DNA of 64,000 nucleotides from Candidatus Zixiibacteriota bacterium. GTDB lineage: Bacteria; RBG-13-66-14; B26-G2; WVWN01. Below, piece after piece: positions 53,526 through 61,693 of the stretch (the stretch's first letter is position 1; every line of letters starts with the position of its first letter). Made by a program: the position numbers and the translations under genes. The DNA lies in contig JASFLY010000004.1 in NCBI GenBank assembly GCA_050117845.1, positions 32,001 through 96,000 on the forward strand, read 5' to 3'. The notes below the pieces were generated by a model. That model saw only the letters and a list, made by a program, of their open reading frames with translations, ran no database searches and was not told where the DNA came from.

Positions 53526-56219
53526 ATGGGAACCAAGACCGGCATTCTCTGGCATTCGCTTAACCCGGCCGGTGCGGCCGAGGAACTGGAAACCTCGACG
53601 CGGCGGGGCCTCACGGTGGAAGAGGCCGCGGCGCGCCTCTCGCGTTACGGCGCCAACGCGCTGGAACAGGTCGGCGCCCGAAACGGCCTTAAAATCTTCC
53701 TTTCGCAGTTCACCGAATTCCTGGTGCTCGTTCTGGTCGCGGCGTGTATCGTGTCGGCCTTTCTCGGCGAGTTCCTGGACGCCGGCGCCATCCTGGCCAT
53801 CGTTATCCTGAACGGCGTGCTCGGCTTCGTCCAGGAGTTCCGGGCGGAGAAATCGCTCCAGGCCCTGCGGGAGATGGCCGCCCCCCGGGCGGCCGTCGTG
53901 CGCGACGGCCGGGAAGAGGAGATAGACACCCGCGACGTCGTCCCCGGGGACCTCGTGCGCCTCCGGTCGGGGGACCGGATTCCCGCCGACCTCCGGCTGG
54001 TAGAGGGGCACAGTCTCCAAGTGGACGAGGCGGCGTTGACCGGGGAATCGCTCTCCGTGGAGAAGGACCCGCCGGAGGTCCTGGACGAGGACATGCCGCT
54101 GGCCGACCGCCGCAACATGGCCTACACCGGGACCGTGGTAACGTACGGCCGGGGCGACGGCGTAGTCGTCGCGACCGGCATGGACACCGAGCTGGGCCGC
54201 ATCGCCGCTATGGTGCAGGAGGTGGGGGGAGAGCAGACGCCCTTGCAGCAGCGCCTCGCCCGGTTGGGTAAGTTTTTGGTCTGGGCCGTACTCGCGCTCT
54301 GCGGCATTGTCTTCGCCGCCGGGATATGGCGGGGCGTCCCGGTCCACGAGATGTTCTTGACGGCGGTGTCGCTCGCCGTGGCCGCCATCCCCGAGGGCCT
54401 GCCGGCCGTCGTTACCATCGCGCTCGCGCTCGGCGTCCAGCGTATGGTCAAGCGGCACGCGCTCATCCGGCGACTCTCCTCGGTGGAGACGCTGGGCTCG
54501 ACCTCCGTCATATGCAGCGACAAGACGGGAACGTTAACCCAAAATAAAATGGTCGCCCGCCGGGCCTACGTCAACGGCCGGGAGCTGGCCCGCGACGAGT
54601 CGCCCGAGGACCTGAAGCCCCTACTCACGTCGGCCTTCATCTGCACCGAGGACTTCATCGGTGCCGCGACGACGGGGACCTGCGACCTGGAAGGCTCCCA
54701 CAGCACGCCCACCGAGGCCGCGCTCGTCGACGCCGCGCTGGCGGTGGGCGTGGACCCGACCGAACTCGTGTCCCTCTACGAGTTCGTGGACGAAGTGCCT
54801 TTCGATTCCCGGCGCAAGCGGATGACGGCGGTCTTCCGGCGCGAGGGCGCGCACATCGCGTTCACCAAGGGCGCGCCGGAAATCCTTCTCGAGCTGTGCT
54901 CGGCGTACGAGGACGGCGGGGAAGCGAGGCCGCTGACGCCCGAGAGCCGAGCCGCGCTCGAGGACGCCAACGCCGACCTCGCAGCCCGGGGCCTGCGCGT
55001 CATCGCCGTCGCTACGCGCGAACTCCCGGCCGAACTCGAAGTGTCCGACGAGGTCGAACGAGACCTGACCTTCGCCGGCTTCGTCGCCATCGAGGACCCG
55101 CCTCGGCCCGAGGTCTTCGAGGCCGTGCGGAAATGCCGGCTGGCCCACATCACGCCCATCATGGCGACGGGCGACCACCGGGCCACCGCCGCGGCCATCG
55201 CGCGCGAAGTGGACATCCTCCGCGAGGGCAACACCGTCCTCACGGGGCGCGACATCGACGAGCTGTCCGACGAGGGGTTAATCGACGAACTCGAGGACGC
55301 CCGCGTCCTGGCCCGGGTTACCCCCGAGCACAAGCTCCGCGTCGTGCGCGCGCTGCGGGCCCGCGGCGCCGTGGTGGCGATGACCGGCGACGGCGTCAAC
55401 GACGCCCCGGCCCTCAAGGAGTCCGACATCGGCGTGGCCATGGGCATCACCGGCACCGACGTCTCCAAAGAGGCGTCGGACATGATCCTGACCGACGACA
55501 ACTTCGCGACCATCGTCGCCGCGGTGGAAGAGGGGCGGAGTATATATTCCAATATAAAGAAATTCATTCACTTCCTGTTGTCGTGCAATACCTCCGAAAT
55601 CCTCGTCATGTTCATCGCGACGCTGGCCGGCTGGCCGTTGCCGCTCCTGCCCATCCAGATACTGTGGGTCAACCTTATAACCGACGGCGCGCCGGCGTTG
55701 GCGCTGGGCGTAGACCCGCCGGAGGTGGGCCTGCTCCTCAAGCCGCCCCGGCCCAAGAGCGCCTTCCTCTTCGACCGGCACGACCTGCGCCTCATCCCCG
55801 TTCAAGGGTTCATGATAGCGGCGGCGACGCTCGGCTCCTTCCTCCTGGTCCTCTACGTCTTCGACGAGGGCCTGGCGACCGCCCGCACGTTTGCCTTCTC
55901 GGTCCTGACGCTTAGCCAGCTCGCCCACGCGCTGAACTGCCGGAGCCAGACGCGGTCCTTCTTCGCGCTCGGGCCGTTCTCGAACCCGTGGCTTCTGGCC
56001 GCCGTCGGCTTCTCCTTACTCCTGCACCTGGGCGTCGTATACCTCCCGTTCCTGGAGCCGATATTCCACACCGTGCCGCTGTCGGTCCGGGACTGGGCGT
56101 TGATGCTCGCGTTCTCGGCGCTGCCGCTCGTCTTCATGGAAATCTACAAGCCGGTCTACGCGCTCTTCAAGCGCATCCGCCGCGAGCCCGAGGACTATTT
56201 CGGCGTTTTCCCGGAATAG
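53526..56219 (+). CDS. P-type cation-transporting ATPase (P2A, Ca2+-type)
   Basis: LTGES, IPEGLP, CSDKTGTLT, KGAPE, TGD, MTGDGVNDAPALK, WVNLITDG.PA. Confidence 0.95.
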   Translation: MGTKTGILWHSLNPAGAAEELETSTRRGLTVEEAAARLSRYGANALEQVGARNGLKIFLSQFTEFLVLVLVAACIVSAFLGEFLDAGAILAIVILNGVLGFVQEFRAEKSLQALREMAAPRAAVVRDGREEEIDTRDVVPGDLVRLRSGDRIPADLRLVEGHSLQVDEAALTGESLSVEKDPPEVLDEDMPLADRRNMAYTGTVVTYGRGDGVVVATGMDTELGRIAAMVQEVGGEQTPLQQRLARLGKFLVWAVLALCGIVFAAGIWRGVPVHEMFLTAVSLAVAAIPEGLPAVVTIALALGVQRMVKRHALIRRLSSVETLGSTSVICSDKTGTLTQNKMVARRAYVNGRELARDESPEDLKPLLTSAFICTEDFIGAATTGTCDLEGSHSTPTEAALVDAALAVGVDPTELVSLYEFVDEVPFDSRRKRMTAVFRREGAHIAFTKGAPEILLELCSAYEDGGEARPLTPESRAALEDANADLAARGLRVIAVATRELPAELEVSDEVERDLTFAGFVAIEDPPRPEVFEAVRKCRLAHITPIMATGDHRATAAAIAREVDILREGNTVLTGRDIDELSDEGLIDELEDARVLARVTPEHKLRVVRALRARGAVVAMTGDGVNDAPALKESDIGVAMGITGTDVSKEASDMILTDDNFATIVAAVEEGRSIYSNIKKFIHFLLSCNTSEILVMFIATLAGWPLPLLPIQILWVNLITDGAPALALGVDPPEVGLLLKPPRPKSAFLFDRHDLRLIPVQGFMIAAATLGSFLLVLYVFDEGLATARTFAFSVLTLSQLAHALNCRSQTRSFFALGPFSNPWLLAAVGFSLLLHLGVVYLPFLEPIFHTVPLSVRDWALMLAFSALPLVFMEIYKPVYALFKRIRREPEDYFGVFPE

Positions 56220-56248
56220 TTGCTTTACGGCGCGCCGGAGGGTATAAT
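56220..56248 (+). promoter_or_regulatory. Putative sigma70 promoter of the DUF2062-propeller-porV unit
   Basis: TTGCTT-17 nt-TATAAT. If real, the DUF2062 start lies downstream of GTG 56251. Confidence 0.55.
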
Positions 56249-56250
56249 AC

Positions 56251-56820
56251 GTGGGTACCCGGTGGTTTAAAAGGTCGCGGCACTCCCGGCCCCGGAATTT
56301 CTTGCAACGTTTGGGCCGGCTGGGCCGTCTCTTATATGTCCGCGTCGTCCGAATAAACGCGTCGCCGCATCAGGTGGCGTCGGGCGTCGCGGTCGGGGTG
56401 TGGCTGGGGGTATTTCCCACCTTCGGCCTGGCCGCTCCGGTGGCGTACGTCCTGGCCTGGATTTTCCGCTTCAACAAGGCCGGCGCGCTGGCGGGTTCGG
56501 CTATCATGAACCCCATAACTTCCCCCTTCTTCTGGGCCCTGTCCGCCATGCTGGGCGCGGCCTTCACCGGTACGGATTGGCGTTTGATATACGATCAGGT
56601 CCGCGACGAGGGCTACGTGTGGGCTTTTTCGCGGACGACGTATATGTATTTAATAGGCAATTTGATAATCGCGACGGCGGCGGCGGCGTTGTGCTACGTC
56701 GGCGCGTACTTCGCGGTGCGGGCGCGGCAGAGACGCCGTTTGGCCCGGCGCCTCGAGTGCGCGGAGGCCGGCGCCGGTCGGGAAAGTAAATCCGAAGGAG
56801 AGATTAAGTTTGAAGAATAA
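56251..56820 (+). CDS. DUF2062-like membrane protein (start uncertain)
   Basis: SPHQVA.GVAVGV..GVFPTFG, FRFNK, NPIT.P. Confidence 0.75.
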   Translation: MGTRWFKRSRHSRPRNFLQRLGRLGRLLYVRVVRINASPHQVASGVAVGVWLGVFPTFGLAAPVAYVLAWIFRFNKAGALAGSAIMNPITSPFFWALSAMLGAAFTGTDWRLIYDQVRDEGYVWAFSRTTYMYLIGNLIIATAAAALCYVGAYFAVRARQRRRLARRLECAEAGAGRESKSEGEIKFEE

Positions 56821-58282
56821 AATAATCGTTTTGGCAATCGCGGCGCTCCTCGCGGCGGCCGCCGGGGCGAGCGACGTCGCGGTCAAGCGCCCGTGGGCGG
56901 CCCGGGAGGACGTGGCCGCGGGTGTCGTTTCGGCCGGGGCCGACCAGGCGGGCCTCGCCGAAGCCATCCAGGACATCTACGTGGACGGCTCGGACGTGTG
57001 GGTCGCCACCATCAACGGCCTGGGCCGTACGAACGACTACGGCATGACCTGGCGCAATTACTTCAGGGGCGAGATGACGACGCCCACCGACGACGTGGTG
57101 GCGGCCGCGGCGCGCGACGGCGACATCTGGGCCTCCTGCATCGAGATAGTAACGGAGTCTTTCGAAACACATTTCTACGGCCGGGGCCTGGCGCACTACG
57201 ACTCCTCCGCCGGCCGTTGGTTCGTTTACGGCAAGGCGCCCGACAAGGGCGGCCTTCCGGTAGACGGCGAATACGAACTAGCCTGGGACGTTATAATCGA
57301 CGACGAGGGGGTGGTGTGGGTGGCCCTCTGGAACGGCGGTATCGGCAAGTCCGAGGACAACGGCCGGACCTGGGAGGTAATCAAACCCGTCGCCGGCCCG
57401 GGCGAGGAGAGCACCCATATTTACTCCCTGGCCAAGCGCGGCGACCTCATATGGGCCGCCGCGGAACTCGATTCCAGTACGGGGGCGAATATATTAACCG
57501 GCGCGTTCAAGTCCGAGGACAACGGCGAAACCTGGTCCTATTACGGCCTCCAGCACGGCGTTAACGGCCTGTGCGCGGTGGTGGACATCCAGCCGGCCCC
57601 CGGGCGCGACATCGTCTGGGTGGGAACGGCTCCCGCCGACGCTTCCGGCCCCGGCCACGGCGTCTTCAAGTCCGAGGACGGCGGCGCCACCTGGGTCAAC
57701 TACGACGCCGGCAGCGGCCTGGCCCAGCCCACGGTTTACGCCTTCGACTCGGCGGGGACCTGGGCCTGGGCGGGGACCTACGACGGCGTGGACCGCACCG
57801 GCGACTACGGCGATTCGTGGAACAACGCCGGGACGGGCGACGGCCTGCCGTGGTATCAGATAAACGTGCTAACGGCGGCCTCCGAGGCCGAGGTCTGGGC
57901 CGGGACCGATCTGGGCGTGGGGTACTCCAGCGACGGCGGCGTCACCTGGCGCGAGATAGAACTCACGCCGGCGGCCGGCCGCATCGACCTGAGGCCGGCG
58001 TTCGCGTTCCCCAGCCCCTTCGCCCAGGAGCGGGACGGCCGGGTGACCTTCCGCTACGGCCTGGCGACCGGCGGCAACGTCACGCTGGACGTTTACGACT
58101 TCGCCGGGCGGCGCGTCAAGCGCGTCGTGGATAACGAGTACCGCGGCCCCGGCGACCGCATCGACGAGTATTGGAACGGCCTGCGCGACGACGGCATCGA
58201 CGCGGCCAACGGCGTGTACTTCTTCATAATCCAAGTCGACGGCAACGTGGCGGCGGATGGCAAATTCGTCGTCCTAAACTAA
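56810..58282 (+). CDS. Secreted Asp-box beta-propeller protein with T9SS/FlgD-Ig-like CTD
   Basis: Signal peptide; KSEDNG.TW-type repeats; FPSPF...VYDFAGRRV...WNG...ANGVYF...GKFVVLN. Confidence 0.8.
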   Translation: MKNKIIVLAIAALLAAAAGASDVAVKRPWAAREDVAAGVVSAGADQAGLAEAIQDIYVDGSDVWVATINGLGRTNDYGMTWRNYFRGEMTTPTDDVVAAAARDGDIWASCIEIVTESFETHFYGRGLAHYDSSAGRWFVYGKAPDKGGLPVDGEYELAWDVIIDDEGVVWVALWNGGIGKSEDNGRTWEVIKPVAGPGEESTHIYSLAKRGDLIWAAAELDSSTGANILTGAFKSEDNGETWSYYGLQHGVNGLCAVVDIQPAPGRDIVWVGTAPADASGPGHGVFKSEDGGATWVNYDAGSGLAQPTVYAFDSAGTWAWAGTYDGVDRTGDYGDSWNNAGTGDGLPWYQINVLTAASEAEVWAGTDLGVGYSSDGGVTWREIELTPAAGRIDLRPAFAFPSPFAQERDGRVTFRYGLATGGNVTLDVYDFAGRRVKRVVDNEYRGPGDRIDEYWNGLRDDGIDAANGVYFFIIQVDGNVAADGKFVVLN

Positions 58283-58300
58283 GGAAGGGAGGGGCCGAGC

Positions 58301-59215
58301 ATGAGAAGGGGATTTATAGCAGTATTCGCGTTTGTCGCCGCCGTTTCGGGGCCCGGAACGGCCGCGGCCGCTGACGACGGCGGCCTCCCGGCGGCCTTCG
58401 CGCTTATGGCCGGCGACGGCCGGACCCTCGGACTGGGCGGCGCCGGCGTGACGCTGGGCGGCCTCAATGCGCTCTACTACAACCCGGCGGGGCTGGCGGC
58501 TCTGGATAAGGACAACATAAGCTCAACCTACCGGGCGCTTTCGATGGACCGGCGCATCGTCGAGGTCGGTTACGGCCGGCCCATCATCGGCGACGCCGGC
58601 ATCGGCATAACCTGGACCAACGCCACGGTGGACGACCTGGTCGGCACCAATTACGCCGGGAACCCCACCGAGGAATTGACGAATTCGCAGAACATGTTCG
58701 TCTTCGGCTTCGGCCGGCCGGTGGTGCTGGACTGGATCCACGCCGGCGCGGCGGGACGGCTCTACTACTCCGCGATCGAGGAGGGCCGCGCTTCCGGTTA
58801 CGGCCTGGACGCCGGCGTGCAGGTCACGCCGTGGGAATGGCTTACGGCGGCGGCGGCCGCGCGCGACATAGCGACGAGGGTGCGGTGGGAGAATACGGTC
58901 ACTTCGCCCAACTACGTGGAGGAGGTGCCCATGCGGGGCCTCTTCGGCGTGGCCGTTCGGCCCTGGCCCGAGCTTCAACTCGTCGTGCAAAGCGACGTCG
59001 GCGAGAACGAGGACTGGCGCGTCCGCGGCGGCGGCGAGTACTGGGTCGACGAGCGGGTGGCGCTGCGCGCCGGCTACGGCGACGAGGCGCCCACCTTCGG
59101 CGCTACGGTGCTCTTGCCCCGGGGCGGCTTCACGGTGGCCTTCGATTACGCCTACGTCGAGGAGAAGTTCACCGCCTCGTCTGCGCATACGGTCTCGCTG
59201 GGCCTTACGTTCTAA
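58301..59215 (+). CDS. PorV/PorQ-like outer-membrane beta-barrel
   Basis: GR.LGLGGA....NALYYNPAGLA, G.DAG, GGEY, LRAGY, DYAY, C-terminal H.VSLGLTF. Confidence 0.75.
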   Translation: MRRGFIAVFAFVAAVSGPGTAAAADDGGLPAAFALMAGDGRTLGLGGAGVTLGGLNALYYNPAGLAALDKDNISSTYRALSMDRRIVEVGYGRPIIGDAGIGITWTNATVDDLVGTNYAGNPTEELTNSQNMFVFGFGRPVVLDWIHAGAAGRLYYSAIEEGRASGYGLDAGVQVTPWEWLTAAAAARDIATRVRWENTVTSPNYVEEVPMRGLFGVAVRPWPELQLVVQSDVGENEDWRVRGGGEYWVDERVALRAGYGDEAPTFGATVLLPRGGFTVAFDYAYVEEKFTASSAHTVSLGLTF

Positions 59216-59235
59216 TACGTCCCGGAACCGAAATT

Positions 59236-59264
59236 AAAAAGCCGGCCCTCGGGCCGGCTTTTTT
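59236..59264. terminator. Bidirectional Rho-independent terminator
   Basis: AAAAA-GCCGGCCC-TC-GGGCCGGC-TTTTTT between convergent genes. Confidence 0.85.
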
Positions 59265-59285
59265 GTTCGCGAGATCGGAATGCCG

Positions 59286-59531
59286 CTAGGAGGAGAAGCC
59301 GCCCGAAATGCCGACGAGGCTGAATACGCCGAGGAAGTAGAGGACGTAGCACAGGCAGCACGCCACCACGGCGGAGGCCGCCGCGATGATGGCGTTCCGG
59401 CCGAACTTCTTGCAGTCGGGGTCGGGCTTGCCGAGGTATATGGCGCCGATGATGATACCGGCGAGCGGCACGATGAAAGAGATTACGTAGAAGAGCCACT
59501 TTGGCTCGGGGGGCTTATCGCCGTTACTCAT
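59286..59531 (-). CDS. Small membrane protein, array copy 7 (81 aa)
   Basis: MSNGDKPPEPKWLFYVISFIVPLAGIIIGAIYLGKPDPDCKKFGRN; paralogous to six neighbours. Confidence 0.85.
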   Translation of the reverse strand: MSNGDKPPEPKWLFYVISFIVPLAGIIIGAIYLGKPDPDCKKFGRNAIIAAASAVVACCLCYVLYFLGVFSLVGISGGFSS

Positions 59532-59697
59532 AACGCACCATCCTTGGGACTATCGTTTGAACGTTGGGGGGCGTCCCGGGCGCACGCGCGGCCCTCCCAA
59601 ACCTCGGGTTTGTTAGTCCGCCGGAGCGGAAGACATCCCCCGCAAGACGCATCCTTCGGCCACCCGGCCGAGCGATCGCAATCCACCTTATATTAGT

Positions 59698-59928
59698 CTA
59701 ACTTATATAAGCTATAAAACCGCCGACGAGTATAATAATAACACAACCGATCGCCGACATGAGTAAGCTAATCAACGCGATGATGAGACAGTTCCTGCCG
59801 AAGACCTTGGCCTCCGGCTCCGGCTTCGACATGTACACTATCGCGAAGATAATGCCCAGCGTCGATATAAAGTAAGATAAAATGTACCACAGAAGTTCCG
59901 GTTTCGGAGTAGCGTTGCCGTTCGCCAT
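59698..59928 (-). CDS. Small membrane protein, array copy 6 (76 aa)
   Basis: MANGNATPKPELLWYILSYFISTLGIIFAIVYMSKPEPEAKVFGRNC; SD AAGGGAG. Confidence 0.85.
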   Translation of the reverse strand: MANGNATPKPELLWYILSYFISTLGIIFAIVYMSKPEPEAKVFGRNCLIIALISLLMSAIGCVIIILVGGFIAYIS

Positions 59929-59985
59929 ATGCCGTAGCTCCCTTTAAGTAGCACACTCGTCCGGCCGCCCTGGCTACGTATTTTC

Positions 59986-60216
59986 CTAACTAACGATATA
60001 TACCAAAGCGCCTATGATTATCAGGAAGATACAACCCACCAGCGACATCGTCAGCTTCGCTACCGTTATGATGAGGCAATTTCTCCCGAAGGTTTGGGCC
60101 TCCGGCTCCGGCTTCGACATGTACACTATCGCGAAGATTATACCCAGAATCGTTATGAAGAAAGATAAAATGTACCACAGAAGTTCCGGTTTCGGAGTAG
60201 CGTCGCCGTTCGCCAT
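59986..60216 (-). CDS. Small membrane protein, array copy 5 (76 aa)
   Basis: MANGDATPKPELLWYILSFFITILGIIFAIVYMSKPEPEAQTFGRNC; SD GGGGAG. Confidence 0.85.
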   Translation of the reverse strand: MANGDATPKPELLWYILSFFITILGIIFAIVYMSKPEPEAQTFGRNCLIITVAKLTMSLVGCIFLIIIGALVYIVS

Positions 60217-60300
60217 AGGCCGTTTCTCCCCATTGGTAGCACACCCGTCCGCCTATTAAACCCCGGCCGGCGCGGGGTAATGTCTCCATCTCGTTAAATT

Positions 60301-60522
60301 CTAACACACGAAAACGCCCACGGCTAAAAGAAAAACGCAACCGAGGGTCGCCATGACAAGGCCCACGAGCGTGAAGATGAGGCAGTTTTTGCCGAAGGCC
60401 TTGGCTTCCGGCTCGGCCTTCGACATGTATACCAGAGCCAGGATTAACCCGAGTAAGGGGAAGAATATAGACAAAATAATCCATAAAGTCTCCGGCTTCG
60501 GAGTGGCGTTGCCGTTTGTCAT
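60301..60522 (-). CDS. Small membrane protein, array copy 4 (73 aa)
   Basis: MTNGNATPKPETLWIILSIFFPLLGLILALVYMSKAEPEAKAFGKNC; SD AAGGGAG. Confidence 0.85.
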   Translation of the reverse strand: MTNGNATPKPETLWIILSIFFPLLGLILALVYMSKAEPEAKAFGKNCLIFTLVGLVMATLGCVFLLAVGVFVC

Positions 60523-60666
60523 GCGCTACTGCTCCCTTCGGCTCGCGGCGCGAACGTGCCGTAGCCGCGTAAAAACGAAATAAATGCCGTTCTCCCATCC
60601 GGATTTTCCGAAACGGCTGCCTTATATTAACTCCCTGCGCCGCCGTCTTTGAGCGTTCGGCGGCAT

Positions 60667-60692
60667 AAAAAAAGCGGCGGGTTGTGCCGCCG
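60667..60692 (-). terminator. Terminator inside the small-protein array
   Basis: Minus strand CGGCGG-CACAAC-CCGCCG-C-TTTTTTT. Confidence 0.6.
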
Positions 60693-60836
60693 TGGTTCGT
60701 ACCATGACATTTTCCGCAATCCGACCGCTGGCGCGGCCTCCGATGCCGACAGGGCTCCGGTTGCACCCCGCACCCGTGGTAGAATTACTTGAGCGAGCCG
60801 CCCGGCGATTGGGGCCGGGCGGCCCGTCGAGTTTCC

Positions 60837-61067
60837 CTAACTCATTACGCTTGAACCGAGCCCCACTACGAACATGATTACGTAGCAGAGGATGCAAACC
60901 ACGACCGCGACGATGGCCGCGATAAGGCAGTTCTTACCGAAGGCTTTGACTTCCGGCTCGGGCTTCTGCATATAGATGATACCGAGTATGATGCCGAGCA
61001 GCGGGATAATAAACGAAAGGATATACCACAGAACCTTCGGCTCGAGCGGCTTGTTACCGTTTGTCAT
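60837..61067 (-). CDS. Small membrane protein, array copy 3 (76 aa)
   Basis: MTNGNKPLEPKVLWYILSFIIPLLGIILGIIYMQKPEPEVKAFGKNC; SD GGAGGT. Confidence 0.87.
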   Translation of the reverse strand: MTNGNKPLEPKVLWYILSFIIPLLGIILGIIYMQKPEPEVKAFGKNCLIAAIVAVVVCILCYVIMFVVGLGSSVMS

Positions 61068-61105
61068 GCGTCATACCTCCGTACAGGTTAAAGTTTATTG
61101 AATGA

Positions 61106-61360
61106 TTATGAGCTCATTGCAGCACCGAAAATCGACATCCCGAATATCCCGAATATGAATACGAAATACAGGATAACGCAGCACACCATAACGACTATAG
61201 CGCTGACCGCGGCGGTGATGCAATTTTTGCCGAATTTCTTGTTTTCGGGTTCGGGCTTACCCAAATAAATGGCGCCCAGGATAATCCCCAATATCGGAAT
61301 AATGAACGAGAGGATGTACCAGAGAACGGGGGGCTCGAGGGGCTTTTCACCGTTGCTCAT
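61106..61360 (-). CDS. Small membrane protein, array copy 2 (84 aa)
   Basis: MSNGEKPLEPPVLWYILSFIIPILGIILGAIYLGKPEPENKKFGKNC; SD AGGAG. Confidence 0.87.
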   Translation of the reverse strand: MSNGEKPLEPPVLWYILSFIIPILGIILGAIYLGKPEPENKKFGKNCITAAVSAIVVMVCCVILYFVFIFGIFGMSIFGAAMSS

Positions 61361-61372
61361 GGGTCGTTACTC

Positions 61373-61603
61373 CTATAGGAACTCGGCGGCGCCGAGTACG
61401 ACGAACCACACGACGTAAAGTAATATACAGGCTACTACCCCCAGAACGGCCGCGAGGGTCGCTTTCTTGCCGAAATCCCGGCTATCGGGCGCGTCCTTGC
61501 GGCGATACAGTACGCCCAGAATGAACCCGACCACCGGTAAAATAAACGATATTATGTACCAGAGCCAACGAGGCCTCGGAGACGTTTTCTCTTCAGCTAC
61601 CAT
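61373..61603 (-). CDS. Small membrane protein, array copy 1 (76 aa, most divergent)
   Basis: PRPRWLWYIISFILPVVGFILGVLYRRKDAPDSRDFGKKA. Confidence 0.82.
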   Translation of the reverse strand: MVAEEKTSPRPRWLWYIISFILPVVGFILGVLYRRKDAPDSRDFGKKATLAAVLGVVACILLYVVWFVVLGAAEFL

Positions 61604-61693
61604 TGAATAAATTAATCCCAGCCTCGTCCATTTGCGTAAGTCTACTTCCTTAGCTCAACCTAACATAAAGCCTACTGAAAGTATAGTATTTTT

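Noticed and set aside
5324..58831. Many long Arg/Gly/Pro-rich alternative-frame and antisense ORFs (e.g. 5324-7321, 17985-19580, 34109-36250)
   Set aside because: They overlap well-supported genes and have the composition expected of stop-poor frames in GC-rich DNA.
59809..60203. Diversity-generating retroelement template/variable repeat pair
   Set aside because: Differences are not adenine-specific, both copies are intact genes, and no reverse transcriptase is in the window.
59686..60629. Repeated CCTTATATTA (59686 and 60620) as a shared promoter of microprotein genes
   Set aside because: Only 10 nt in AT-rich DNA, at unequal distances from the starts, with no matching -35 element.
59286..61603. 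One-to-one effector/immunity pairing of seven microproteins with seven M28 paralogues
   Set aside because: Equal counts are the only link; the loci are about 38 kb apart with no shared regulatory motif seen.
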